A stretch of 64,000 nt of DNA from Arenicellales bacterium. GTDB taxonomy: Bacteria; Pseudomonadota; Gammaproteobacteria; Arenicellales; JAJDZL01. The DNA is taken from assembly GCA_965262855.1 (NCBI GenBank), contig OZ253563.1, positions 1,911,015 to 1,975,014 of the forward strand, written 5' to 3'. The stretch's first letter is position 1. Every line of letters starts with the position of its first letter. The notes beneath the pieces are model-generated. The model was not told the origin of the DNA. It searched no databases and saw only the letters and a program-made list of their open reading frames with translations. Below are positions 27,478 through 37,417 of this stretch, piece after piece. The translations under genes and the position numbers were made by a program.

Positions 27478-29436
27478 ATGGCAGAATTTGAATTCGGAAA
27501 TCCCGAAATAGTTGAAGAGGAAGTTGATATCCTCATTATTGGCGGAGGTATGTCGGCTTGCGGCTGTGCCTTTGAAATCATGCAGTGGGCCGAAGGCAAG
27601 GACCTGAATATCAAGCTTGTCGACAAGGCGGCCATGGACCGTTCCGGTGCGGTAGCGCAAGGGTTGTCGGCCATCAACACTTACATGGGCGAAAATGATC
27701 CATCCGATTACGTCCGCTACGTACGCGGCGATCTCATGGGAATCATTCGCGAGGACCTCGTGTACGATGTCGGGCGTCATGTCGATGACTCAGTGCACAA
27801 TTTCGAAGAGTGGGGACTGCCCATATGGAAACAGGCTGGCGACGAAGGCAAGATGCTGACTGAAGGCGGCAAACCCGTTCGCTCTGGACGCTGGCAGATT
27901 ATGATCAATGGAGAGTCCTATAAACCTATTGTTGCAGAAGCAGCAAAAAAGGCAATCGGGATCGAAAATATCAATGAGCGCGTGTTCATTGTTCGATTGA
28001 TTACCGACGCAAATGACCCGAATCGAGTGGTTGGCGCTGCTGGATTCAGCGTTCGAGAACACAAAGTATACATCTATAAATTTAAATGTTGCCTTCTGGC
28101 TGCTGGCGGAGCCGTCAATGTTTTCAGACCGCGCTCGGTAGGTGAGGGGACGGGTCGCGCCTGGTATCCTGTATGGAATGCAGGTTCCACCTATTCTATG
28201 GCTGCGGAGTGCGGAGCACATCTCACGCTCATGGAGAATCGATTCGTACCAGCAAGGTTTAAAGATGGATATGGACCGGTCGGTGCCTGGTTCTTGCTAT
28301 TCAAGGCACAGGCGATGAATGCCTTCGGCGAAGACTATCAAATCAGGAATGCCGAGATACTGGAGTATCACGGCTACGACAAGTATGCCAATGGCCCCAA
28401 AATGGGCACTTGCCTACGTAATCACCTGATGATGAAAGAGATGCGTGAAGGTCGCGGGCCGATATTCCTGGATACACCGACAGCGATGGCGAAACTGGCT
28501 GAATCCATGACACCGCGTGAGATCAAGCATCTTGAAGCTGAAGCGTGGGAAGATTTTCTGGATATGACGATTTCCCAGTGCGGCGTTTGGGCAGGAGAAA
28601 ACATCGAGCCAGACAAAGAAATGTCGGAGCTGATGCCTACCGAACCATACTTGCTCGGATCGCATGCTGGTTGTGCTGGAATCTGGTGTTCAGGCCCCGA
28701 CGATCTGCCTGGCACTCCAGACAGTTATCACTGGGGTTATAACCGAATGACTACGGTTAATGGACTGTTTACCTCCGGCGATGGTGTTGGTGCTTCCGGT
28801 CACAAGTTCTCATCCGGTTCTCATGCCGAAGGCAGAATCGCGGCCAAGGCGATGGTCCAGTTCACTTTGGACAACAAGGACTGGAAACCGGAACTGAGCC
28901 GTAGCGTTGAAGATATTGTTGAAGAGATCTACCGTCCAGTAGCGACTTTTCTTGAGCATAAGGATTACACAACTGCAATTGATATAAACCCCCACTACAT
29001 CACTCCCAAGATGTTTCAGTTTCGACTGCAGAAAGTCATGGATGAGTATGTAGCAGGCGTTGGAACCTGGTACCAAACCAATGGGAAAATGCTTGAGATT
29101 GCAGAAAAGAAGCTTGAGATGCTGCGTGAAGATTCTCTCAAAATGCGAGCCAAAGATTTGCACGAACTGCTTCGCGCATGGGAGAATTACCATCGTTTGA
29201 TTGCAGCTTACGCGCACATGAAGCATATTCAGTTTCGTCAAGAAACCCGATATCCGGGTTACTACTATCGTATGGACTATCTGCATATTGATGACGAAAA
29301 CTGGAAGTGTTTCGTTAACTCGAAATTTGACCGGATCACCGGCGAGTGGACTGTCTGGAAAGAACCTTACGTTCAGATGATCAAATATCAGGATGATGAA
29401 CCTATTGGTATTGCAAATCAAGGCTGTCCCGTTTGA
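27478..29436 (+). CDS. aprA: adenylylsulfate (APS) reductase alpha subunit
   Basis: 652 aa flavoprotein; DILIIGGGMSACG FAD fold; immediately follows aprB. Confidence 0.95.
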   Translation: MAEFEFGNPEIVEEEVDILIIGGGMSACGCAFEIMQWAEGKDLNIKLVDKAAMDRSGAVAQGLSAINTYMGENDPSDYVRYVRGDLMGIIREDLVYDVGRHVDDSVHNFEEWGLPIWKQAGDEGKMLTEGGKPVRSGRWQIMINGESYKPIVAEAAKKAIGIENINERVFIVRLITDANDPNRVVGAAGFSVREHKVYIYKFKCCLLAAGGAVNVFRPRSVGEGTGRAWYPVWNAGSTYSMAAECGAHLTLMENRFVPARFKDGYGPVGAWFLLFKAQAMNAFGEDYQIRNAEILEYHGYDKYANGPKMGTCLRNHLMMKEMREGRGPIFLDTPTAMAKLAESMTPREIKHLEAEAWEDFLDMTISQCGVWAGENIEPDKEMSELMPTEPYLLGSHAGCAGIWCSGPDDLPGTPDSYHWGYNRMTTVNGLFTSGDGVGASGHKFSSGSHAEGRIAAKAMVQFTLDNKDWKPELSRSVEDIVEEIYRPVATFLEHKDYTTAIDINPHYITPKMFQFRLQKVMDEYVAGVGTWYQTNGKMLEIAEKKLEMLREDSLKMRAKDLHELLRAWENYHRLIAAYAHMKHIQFRQETRYPGYYYRMDYLHIDDENWKCFVNSKFDRITGEWTVWKEPYVQMIKYQDDEPIGIANQGCPV

Positions 29437-29497
29437 AATTGAGCTCAGCAATCCGTTGTTGATTGATCATTTATTTTCATAATCTGAAAAGTAGTCT

Positions 29498-29857
29498 TTG
29501 GATGTTGTGAGTTTTCTGTTACCACTAATTGCGGGTGTAGTTATTGGTGGATTAGCTGGCTACTTCATTGCTCGATATCGAAGTCGAGATACTGAAGTTA
29601 GTGCTCAGTTGGAAAAATTGCAGATTGAATACGACGAATACCGTGTCAACGTGCGCTCGCACTTCATAGATACAGTTTCACTGCTCAGCCAGATTGATGA
29701 AAATCAGAAAAAACTCTATCAGTCAGTTGCTGATGGAGTAGTTAATCTTTGCAGTTCCGAAAAAGATGAAAACGACTACTTTCTTGAGGAAAGTGCTCGA
29801 GCACTAGGCCAACTGGAAGATTCCGGAAAAGCACGCCGTTACGAGAACATCGAATAG
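29498..29857 (+). CDS. YhcB/ZapG-like (DUF1043) inner-membrane protein
   Basis: 119 aa; N-terminal TM helix then a coiled coil (LEKLQIEYDEYRVNVRSHF..LYQSV), as in E. coli YhcB. Confidence 0.7.
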   Translation: MDVVSFLLPLIAGVVIGGLAGYFIARYRSRDTEVSAQLEKLQIEYDEYRVNVRSHFIDTVSLLSQIDENQKKLYQSVADGVVNLCSSEKDENDYFLEESARALGQLEDSGKARRYENIE

Positions 29858-29901
29858 CAGTTGTTTTTCGGTTTGCCGACAGTTGAAACTGAACGTGACT
29901 A

Positions 29902-30246
29902 TCAGTCGTTCGAAATTCCTTCAGACGGCTTGAAAGGCATTGGGAAAGGTGTGACAACACCCTTCTCGCTAATTGGGTGCACTTTTGCTGACCCTTCTTT
30001 TTCCACTTCGTCAACTCGAACTACGGAGTGGATGGGAATATAGGTCCGAGTAACACCGCTGAACTGGGATTTCAACTGTTCCTCGCCTGGATTGACAACC
30101 AGTTTGGATTGTTCACCAAAGACGATATCCCGCACTTCAAGGAAAGCAAACATGTCACTCTGAGAGATATGTCGGGCATAGAGTTCGTACACTTTCGACT
30201 GGTTGTTGAAAATGATCCGATACATCTTTTTTGTCTTTACTGGCAT
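29902..30246 (-). CDS. DUF1820 family protein
   Basis: 114 aa; YRIIFNNQSKVYELYARHISQSDMFAFLEV..VVNPGEEQLKSQF..RTYIPIHSVVRVDEV. Confidence 0.65.
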   Translation of the reverse strand: MPVKTKKMYRIIFNNQSKVYELYARHISQSDMFAFLEVRDIVFGEQSKLVVNPGEEQLKSQFSGVTRTYIPIHSVVRVDEVEKEGSAKVHPISEKGVVTPFPMPFKPSEGISND

Positions 30247-30404
30247 GTTGTATATTCTAGTTCATTGGTGTTTGTAAATTCGCTTCATTAGTCGAAACCT
30301 TGTAGTTGATTCGTTAAATTTTAGCAGGTTAAGGTAATTGATGAGACACTCGACTCGACTTTGAGTTTTGCTGAAGTATCTTGCCACAACGTAAAATTGA
30401 ATTT

Positions 30405-30774
30405 TTATTTCGTATCTCCATGTCGAAATTTGAAATTTCCAGATTCGAGAACTTGATTCAAATTATCGGTTACGCTTATTTGATCTGTGATGCTTAGTTG
30501 ACCAATTCGCGCAGTGATCATTGCAGCATCAAGAGTGAAAAATTTTAATCACACTTTTGAGTTCGGTTTAAGATTAGAGAATTCATAATCAAGCAGTTCG
30601 ACATCGCTCCCCCATGAACTGAAACGAGTGGTCGTAATCATCAAGAGAATAAATTGGTTATGCTGAAGATTTAACAATAGTACTTGAAACGATTAGTGCC
30701 GGACGACGCCTCCTAACCAATTTTTCGGCAAATGGGAATGGTACGGCAACTACGTCAAATGGGTTATAGGTCAC
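30405..30774 (-). pseudogene. MazF/PemK-like toxin, inactivated (one frameshift plus an in-frame TGA)
   Basis: my translation: VTYNPFDVVAVPFPFAEKLVRRRRPALIVSS.. / ..QFILLMITTTRFSSWGSDVELLDYEFSNLKPNSKV*LKFFTLDAAMITARIGQLSITD..; GTG start overlaps the antitoxin stop by 11 nt. Confidence 0.7.
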
Positions 30775-30988
30775 GCCATGCTTCCTCATCTTCGGGCGAT
30801 AACCATTCGTTCAGGGTTTCAGAGATGCTTTCGAGATATTCGTCAGTTCGCGATTCAATCTTTTTCATAATCACGCGATCACCGTTCGCTATAAACATAA
30901 GAATATCACCTGATTTGATTCCCACTGATTTACGTATTTTTGAAGGGATAGTGGTCTGTCCTCTAGATGTAACTCTGGATGTTTCCAT
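30764..30988 (-). CDS. AbrB/MazE/SpoVT-family antitoxin
   Basis: 74 aa; SRVTSRGQTTIPSKIRKSVGIKSGDIL looped-hinge-helix motif. Confidence 0.8.
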   Translation of the reverse strand: METSRVTSRGQTTIPSKIRKSVGIKSGDILMFIANGDRVIMKKIESRTDEYLESISETLNEWLSPEDEEAWRDL

Positions 30989-31204
30989 AAATTGTCCTCT
31001 ATTCGTTAAATTTAGATATGTAAAGACATCAGAATATAAGTATTTCTGTAAATTTCCACTTGCCTATTCTGTTTCCAATTGGAAATTGATCTTTGACTAG
31101 GAAATCTATCTGTAAATTCAGATTGAATTTGATCCGTCCGCAAGTTAAAATATCAACTTACCTAGAGGCAATATATCGCCTTGAAATTCTATCGGAGGGC
31201 TGGA

Positions 31205-31312
31205 ATGAAAAACCCACTTGATTCAATCACTGGCACTATCGTCGCTGGCGTAGTGCTGACTATCGTTCTGTACTTGTTTGCGAGCGGATTTATTACCACG
31301 GGGCCAATGTAA
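31205..31312 (+). CDS. possible 35-aa single-TM peptide
   Basis: ATG with GGAGGG upstream; MKNPLDSITGTIVAGVVLTIVLYLFASGFITTGPM; below the ORF-track cutoff. Confidence 0.3.
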   Translation: MKNPLDSITGTIVAGVVLTIVLYLFASGFITTGPM

Positions 31313-31357
31313 GTTGGTTGCCAATTGATTTAAATTGCTGAGTAAAGAGGTGAAAGA

Positions 31358-31846
31358 ATGGATTTATTACTAGACCGGTGGTTTCATATTCTATCAGGTG
31401 TAACCTGGGTAGGATTGCTCTACTACTTTAATTTTGTACAGGTTCCGGGTCTGGCAAAGGCCAAGGCTGATGGCACCGCAGCCGGAATAACGAAACACAT
31501 TGCTCCAACAGCATTGCTGTGGTTTCGATGGGCTGCAATCGCAACTTGGCTTACTGGAGCATATTATTTGGCGCGCTCTGGTACCTTTGTCGACGCTTTT
31601 GTATTGCAAGGTCCACATGCTCATCTTGGTATCGGTGCTTGGCTTGGCACCATTATGCTGTTTAACGTCTGGGTACTGATCTGGCCAAACCAGAAGAAAG
31701 TGCTTGGAATGGTTGAAGCATCTGATGCAGATAAAGCCAAAGCAGGCAGAGTCGCTCTGCTGGCTTCTAGAACCAACACTATGTTGTCCATACCAATGCT
31801 GTTCTTCATGGTGACGGGGTCGCTTTCGCATATCGGAATGTTTTAG
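31358..31846 (+). CDS. membrane protein, PuuD N-terminal-domain-like (COG3748-type)
   Basis: 162 aa, 4 TM; WFHILSGVTWVGLLYYFNFVQ motif. Confidence 0.6.
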   Translation: MDLLLDRWFHILSGVTWVGLLYYFNFVQVPGLAKAKADGTAAGITKHIAPTALLWFRWAAIATWLTGAYYLARSGTFVDAFVLQGPHAHLGIGAWLGTIMLFNVWVLIWPNQKKVLGMVEASDADKAKAGRVALLASRTNTMLSIPMLFFMVTGSLSHIGMF

Positions 31847-31881
31847 TAGAACAGTTTTTATAGAGAACTGAACCAAATAGT

Positions 31882-31916
31882 GCACAGACCGACTTTATCG
31901 GTCTGTGCGTTTTTTA
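31882..31916 (+). terminator. Rho-independent terminator
   Basis: GCACAGACCG-actttat-CGGTCTGTGC followed by TTTTTT. Confidence 0.85.
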
Positions 31917-31944
31917 TTCATTTACTCTCTGTGTGCGGTAGATC

Positions 31945-32850
31945 ATGGTAAGGCATTTTCTCACTCTGAGCGATTTGCAGCCAGCAGAAATCCTGTCGTT
32001 GATTGATCGGGCGATCGAGTTGAAGCAAATGTGGCGCAGTGATCGAGAGTGCCCGCAGGTTCTATGCAATAGAACCATTGCACTGGTTTTCGAGAAGACC
32101 TCCACACGAACCCGGGTTTCCTTTGAGATTGCTGCCTATCACTTAGGCGGCAATGCCTTGTTTATGGCGCCCTCTGATTCCCAACTAAAGCGAGGAGAAT
32201 CCGATGCGGATACTGCAAGAGTTCTATCCGGCATGGTCGACCTGATCGTGACTCGAACAATTTCTCACAGTACTGCAGAAACTTATGCGAGAAATTCAAG
32301 TGTTCCCGTAGTCAACGGATTGAGTGACTCTTACCATCCATGCCAACTGCTAGCGGATTTGCAGACACTGCAGGAAGTCAAAGGACCGATAAGAGATACA
32401 GTTGTCGCATGGATAGGCGATGGCAACAATATGTGTGTGTCGTGGGCAATCGCGGCATCGTTACTGGGATTTTCATTGCGGATTTCAACTCCTTCACAAT
32501 ACGCCCCAAACCCGACTCTGATACAGGATTTCAATACTAACCGCATAGAGATGGTTTCTGACCCGTACGAAGCCGCACTTGATACTGATGTTATTGTGAC
32601 GGATACTTGGACGAGTATGGGGCAGGAAGAGGAAAAACAAGCGAAATTGAAAGCTTTTCAGTCTTATCAGGTAACTGAGTCAATTATGAAACAGGCAGCA
32701 GGTGATGCGATATTCATGCACTGCCTTCCGGCATATAGAGGTGTGGAAGTTGAAGCAGGCGTCATTGACGGTCGTCAGAGTGTCGTCTGGCAGGAAGCAG
32801 AAAACAGATTGCATGCCCAGAAAGCACTGCTGGAAATGTTGCTGAGCTGA
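31945..32850 (+). CDS. argF: ornithine carbamoyltransferase
   Basis: 301 aa; STRTRVSFE, HPCQLLAD, HCLPAYRG. Confidence 0.9.
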   Translation: MVRHFLTLSDLQPAEILSLIDRAIELKQMWRSDRECPQVLCNRTIALVFEKTSTRTRVSFEIAAYHLGGNALFMAPSDSQLKRGESDADTARVLSGMVDLIVTRTISHSTAETYARNSSVPVVNGLSDSYHPCQLLADLQTLQEVKGPIRDTVVAWIGDGNNMCVSWAIAASLLGFSLRISTPSQYAPNPTLIQDFNTNRIEMVSDPYEAALDTDVIVTDTWTSMGQEEEKQAKLKAFQSYQVTESIMKQAAGDAIFMHCLPAYRGVEVEAGVIDGRQSVVWQEAENRLHAQKALLEMLLS

Positions 32851-33067
32851 ATCTTCAGTGAAACCAAATTGTGCACTCAACGCACAGGTACAGATTTAAT
32901 TTACTGTATCTGAAGACTTTCAGTGATTCTCTTGGCATTTGCCGTCAAGCGGTAAACCTGATTAATAATTGACCCCCAACCGTGAAGTAAAAATGCTGGG
33001 AAGCCAGGCAGTTCAACTAATTTAAAGGGAATTATATGGATGGCTACCCAAGCCGTCTGAGGGAAGG

Positions 33068-33418
33068 CTAGACGTTAGCGTGGTTGAGCCGGGCTTCCTT
33101 GAAGTGCATGGTTTCGGGCGGTTCGATGCCGAACCAATTGAAACCGAAGACGATCTCGCGTTGTTCGCCGGCACTCTTGTCATCCAACGGCAAACCGTCA
33201 CCCGGCTCCCCGGTCTTCCCGTTCGCCACCAGAACGGTTAGCGGCGGCAACTCATGGGCACGGCAAAACAACATGATGTTGTACAACGCCGGAATCACAG
33301 GAATCGCACCCCCGAACCCGAGTATTTGGGCAATGCCCATGTAGGTGTAGACGCGACGTTCCCTCGCCGCACAAACGAGCAATGCCCAAATCTGGACTGA
33401 TCGCTGTTCCGAGGTCAT
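33068..33418 (-). CDS. hypothetical protein in a GC-rich insert
   Basis: 116-aa ORF, no motif I can name; 4-nt overlap with the IS1595-like fragment. Confidence 0.4.
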   Translation of the reverse strand: MTSEQRSVQIWALLVCAARERRVYTYMGIAQILGFGGAIPVIPALYNIMLFCRAHELPPLTVLVANGKTGEPGDGLPLDDKSAGEQREIVFGFNWFGIEPPETMHFKEARLNHANV

Positions 33419-33645
33419 TCGAAGTCCTCCTTCTTGCCTAAATACCTTCCATGAACGAGCAAGTTAACACGGACTGCGCCTTGTTCTTCGTATGCTTCGC
33501 GGATGCGATGCGCCATAAACCATGCCGCTTGCTGGCCGATGCCCAGTTCGTGGTACAGGCGCATGGAGCTAACGCCCTTGAGGCTGACCGCTTTAAAGTA
33601 GGTCGCGTAGGCCCAGTCTACGAACTTGATCTTGGAATATGCCAT
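33415..33645 (-). pseudogene. IS1595-family transposase internal fragment
   Basis: ..KGVSSMRLYHELGIGQQAAWFMAHRIREA.. resembles the HTH region of IS1595 transposases; no Zn-finger or DDE part present. Confidence 0.5.
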
Positions 33646-33671
33646 GATCGTGCGAACGCTGAAGTATTAAA

Positions 33672-34538
33672 TTAATGGAAGTGCTCATCTTCGCCAATTT
33701 CGCCACGCATGGTTCGCATTGCCTTTTCTTCAATTTGTCGAATTCGCTCTGCACTGACTCCATACTTGTCAGCAAGGGCATGCAATGTTGATTTATCTTC
33801 ACTGAGCCAGCGTTGGGAAATGATGTCCCTGCTGCGTTCATCCAGTATTTCAAGAGCATTCTCAATCTGCTGGTGACGGTTGGTTTCGTCCCAATTGGCT
33901 TCGTAGTTGTCTTCTGGATTGAAACGTCTGTCTCCCAGGTATGCGGAAGGTGCAAAACTGTTTTCTTCACGGTCTTCATCGCAGTTTCCGTCAAAAGAAA
34001 CATTGGTGCCGGTCATTCTGACTTCCATCTCGCGAACGGTTTTTGTGGGTACATCCAATGCGCTAGAAAGAGATTGAATTTCATTTTCGCTCATCGATTC
34101 CAGACTGGAACGATGCTTGCGTAGATTGAAAAACAGTTTTCTATGCGCTTTAGTTGTTGCGATTCGCACGATTTTCCAGTTGCGCAGAATGAATTCGTAA
34201 ATTTCCGCTTTGATCCAGTGAACTGCAAAGGAGACGAGTCGAACGTTACGGTCCGGCTCGAATTTCTTGACAGCCTTCATCAATCCCACATTACCTTCCT
34301 GAACGAGGTCGCCGAGAGGGATTCCATAGCCAACGAAGCCTCTGGCAACGCGAACGACGAATCTTAAATGGGAAAGAATTAACTGGCGCGCTGCGTCCAA
34401 GTCTTCGTTTTCATGATAGCGAATTGCCAATTCCCGCTCCTCTTCGGCAGTAAGAATGGGCTGCGCATAAACTGACCTGAGGTAGGAAGAAATCTCCCCA
34501 CTTTGAAAATTTAATGGAACTGGAAAATTTTGACTCAT
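33672..34538 (-). CDS. rpoH: RNA polymerase sigma-32 factor
   Basis: 288 aa; RpoH box AHRKLFFNLRK, region 4 ADKYGVSAERIRQIEEKAM. Confidence 0.95.
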   Translation of the reverse strand: MSQNFPVPLNFQSGEISSYLRSVYAQPILTAEEERELAIRYHENEDLDAARQLILSHLRFVVRVARGFVGYGIPLGDLVQEGNVGLMKAVKKFEPDRNVRLVSFAVHWIKAEIYEFILRNWKIVRIATTKAHRKLFFNLRKHRSSLESMSENEIQSLSSALDVPTKTVREMEVRMTGTNVSFDGNCDEDREENSFAPSAYLGDRRFNPEDNYEANWDETNRHQQIENALEILDERSRDIISQRWLSEDKSTLHALADKYGVSAERIRQIEEKAMRTMRGEIGEDEHFH

Positions 34539-34664
34539 ATTGAAATTACCTGAGTTTTGTTCTTAATCGTATTTTAGCACTCATTATATGAGAGTGCTAA
34601 TAGCTTGTAAAGTTTCATCTAGTAAAAATAAATTTAGGTTCAGAAAATAAAAATACAAGAGAGC

Positions 34665-35591
34665 TCAGGGTTGTGAGGATTTAAGTCTGCGCAGATAGAT
34701 GTGAACAGTAGTTCTGGATGCAAGCCAGCTAAGAATGGATACCGTTGCAGCTGCTCCAAGCCAAGTGAGAGGAGAGAGTCCGGACAGTTGATAGTCGCTG
34801 CTATAAAGTGCAGCGAGTTCACCTATCGGTTCTCTCAAGAACATACGAATTCCTTCGATGATGGCGAGTGCGACGCCAACGCTGAGCAGGCTGTGAATTA
34901 CAGCAATGTAGACGAATGGCCTGCGAATGAATGCTCGAGTCCCGCCAATCTGGTCGATTACTTTGATTTCTTCGTAACGACTGACTATTGAGAGCCGGGT
35001 GGTATTGCATATCAACAGTATTGCGGCCGCAATCAGCAAGACGGAAACGATCGTAAAACCAATTCGTGCCAACTCGATGATTTTGTACAGTCTCTTAACC
35101 CATTGCAGGTCAACTTCAACTGCATCAACCAGCTCGAACCCCCTCAGTTTGTCCGCGAGTTGCTGAAAATCAGTTGGATTGGCATATTTTTCGTAAGGCT
35201 GAACAATGATCACAGTCGGCAATGGATTGTCTGGAACGTACTGAATTATGGTGTCTAGGCCGGTAAGCTGCTTGAAATCTTCCAATGCTTCATCTGCAGA
35301 AACCAGACGTACATGATTGACTTGAGGCAAAATTCGAACTTGATCAAATAGTTTGGCACTCAAATCGTCGTTCGCATTTTTTGACAGGTACATTGTCAGT
35401 TCAGGGGTATTCTTCAATATGCCCGTGACGGGAAGCAAATTTACCGACATCATGTACAAGCCTGCTGGTAGAGACAAAATAACACCCACGCAGGCAACTG
35501 TAAATATCGTCGGAAAAGGGGTTCGCCACATTCTACCCAGACATGAGACGAGTGTCTGGAGACGTAATAGCAAGAAACTACGCATTCCCAT
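34665..35591 (-). CDS. ftsX: cell division ABC transporter permease FtsX
   Basis: 308 aa, 4 TM, immediately after ftsE. Confidence 0.9.
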   Translation of the reverse strand: MGMRSFLLLRLQTLVSCLGRMWRTPFPTIFTVACVGVILSLPAGLYMMSVNLLPVTGILKNTPELTMYLSKNANDDLSAKLFDQVRILPQVNHVRLVSADEALEDFKQLTGLDTIIQYVPDNPLPTVIIVQPYEKYANPTDFQQLADKLRGFELVDAVEVDLQWVKRLYKIIELARIGFTIVSVLLIAAAILLICNTTRLSIVSRYEEIKVIDQIGGTRAFIRRPFVYIAVIHSLLSVGVALAIIEGIRMFLREPIGELAALYSSDYQLSGLSPLTWLGAAATVSILSWLASRTTVHIYLRRLKSSQP

Positions 35592-36257
35592 TCAGACGAT
35601 GTTGCTAGGAGTCATGATGCCGTTTCGCAGTTCAAATACGTTGAAACGCTGCCCGGAAAAGTGGTGCCTGTCGTGCGTAGCAACGATAATTGTGGTTTCG
35701 TACTGCACCAGCAGTTTGAATATGTCCATGATTTCATCACCGAGTTCCTCATCCAAGTTGCCAGTCGGTTCGTCTGCGATGATCAATTGCGGGCGCCCTA
35801 TAATTGCTCTTGCAATTCCTACCCGTTGCTGTTCTCCGCCTGAAAGATTGATGGGGTAAGCCTTCTCTTTCCTGTGTAGTCCGACCATTTCCAATACCAC
35901 TGATATTCTCCGACGAATTTTCGACATTTCCATGTTTCGGACAATCAGCGGAAGTGCAACGTTATCCATAACAGTACGGTCAAATAGCAGTTTTTGGTCT
36001 TGCTGAACGACGCCGATAGATCGGCGGTAATAGGCAATCTGATTACCTGCCAGCGCTGAAAGGTTTCTGTCGTCGACGAAAATGTGACCATGTGTTGGCT
36101 TTTCCTGCAACGTGATCAGCTTGATTAGTGTAGATTTACCAGCACCAGAGTGCCCGGTTAGGAAGACCAGTTGATTAGGTTCAATTGCAAAGCTCACACT
36201 TCTAAGTGCAATCTGTCCGCTTGGATACTGCTTAGTGACGTTGGAAAAACGAATCAT
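35592..36257 (-). CDS. ftsE: cell division ATP-binding protein FtsE
   Basis: GHSGAGKST, LSGGEQQRVGIARA, IIADEPTGNLD. Confidence 0.95.
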   Translation of the reverse strand: MIRFSNVTKQYPSGQIALRSVSFAIEPNQLVFLTGHSGAGKSTLIKLITLQEKPTHGHIFVDDRNLSALAGNQIAYYRRSIGVVQQDQKLLFDRTVMDNVALPLIVRNMEMSKIRRRISVVLEMVGLHRKEKAYPINLSGGEQQRVGIARAIIGRPQLIIADEPTGNLDEELGDEIMDIFKLLVQYETTIIVATHDRHHFSGQRFNVFELRNGIMTPSNIV

Positions 36258-36259
36258 TG

Positions 36260-37231
36260 TTAATTGACAGGAGATGCTGTAGTTTCGATACCTAATAGTG
36301 AGTTTACGTAGTCTTCTGCTTTGAACGGTGCGATATCACCGATACCTTCTCCAACACCGATGAACGGCAAAGGTAGTGCGAATTGTTGGGTGAGCGCCAC
36401 AACGATGCCGCCTCTCGCCGTTCCGTCAAGCTTGGAAACACAGATGCCGCTGAGAGCGGAATGCTTGTGAAACTGTTCTACTTGAGAGATGGCATTCTGA
36501 CCTGTGCCAGCATCAATTGTGATCAGCGTTTCATGGGGTGCTGAGGGTTCAATTTTTGAAACTACTCGTCGAATTTTTCCAAGCTGTCTCATCAGGTCGT
36601 CGCGCGTTTGTTGTCGTCCCCCTGTATCGATTAACAAAATTGACATGTCTCTAGCCGTCGCTGCATGCAGAGCATCGTGAGCGACAGCTGCGGGGTCGGC
36701 TCCGGCAGACTGTGCAATAACCGGAACGTTTAGCCTTTCCCCCCAAGTCTGGAGCTGTTCAATAGCGGCTGGACGAAAAGTGTCACAAGCTGCCAGCATT
36801 ACCGAATGATTCTGTCGTTGTAAATACCCCGCAATTTTTGCACTAGTTGTGGTTTTACCTACTCCATTCACACCAACCATCATGATAATGACAGGCGGTG
36901 TATGTTTTTCCAAGTTGAAATTCATTTCTGCGGGTTCAAGAATCTGTATGAGCTTCCGGCGTACGAGATTAGCGACTTGGGCGCCGGAAATATTCGACCC
37001 CTTCATTGAGGCGTTGACAGAGTCTATGATTGATTCACTCACTGCATAACCGACATCACTGAGTATCAGCGCATCGTAAAGACTATCGATTTCACTCTGA
37101 TCTACAGATGAAGCACTGGCAAACAGATTGGAAAATCCAGCGGAGACTGACTTGCGCGTTCTGGCAAGGACATCAAAGAAACTGAATTTTTTCTTTTGGC
37201 TGGATGTTGTCTGTTTTTGCGGCTCGTTCAT
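36260..37231 (-). CDS. ftsY: signal recognition particle receptor FtsY
   Basis: GVNGVGKTTT, DTFRPAAIEQL, DTGGR, SKLDGTARGG. Confidence 0.95.
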   Translation of the reverse strand: MNEPQKQTTSSQKKKFSFFDVLARTRKSVSAGFSNLFASASSVDQSEIDSLYDALILSDVGYAVSESIIDSVNASMKGSNISGAQVANLVRRKLIQILEPAEMNFNLEKHTPPVIIMMVGVNGVGKTTTSAKIAGYLQRQNHSVMLAACDTFRPAAIEQLQTWGERLNVPVIAQSAGADPAAVAHDALHAATARDMSILLIDTGGRQQTRDDLMRQLGKIRRVVSKIEPSAPHETLITIDAGTGQNAISQVEQFHKHSALSGICVSKLDGTARGGIVVALTQQFALPLPFIGVGEGIGDIAPFKAEDYVNSLLGIETTASPVN

Positions 37232-37417
37232 CCAAATAATCCGTAGGAGATGTCCGAAGAAAAAAATTATTGCGTTGAGTTTTTACCCAGCAAGACGATG
37301 CCGTCAGTAGCTAAACGTTGACACAATTCTAGTTTAGTCTGACGATGTAGTGCGTACGGCGAAACAATCAACAAATTATATTATGTTCGATACAGATTCG
37401 ATTGAAGGCGAAACAAA

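Noticed and set aside
27106-29451. 224-aa and 213-aa minus-strand ORFs across aprB/aprA
   Set aside because: They are antisense to the highly recognisable aprBA genes, so they are spurious.
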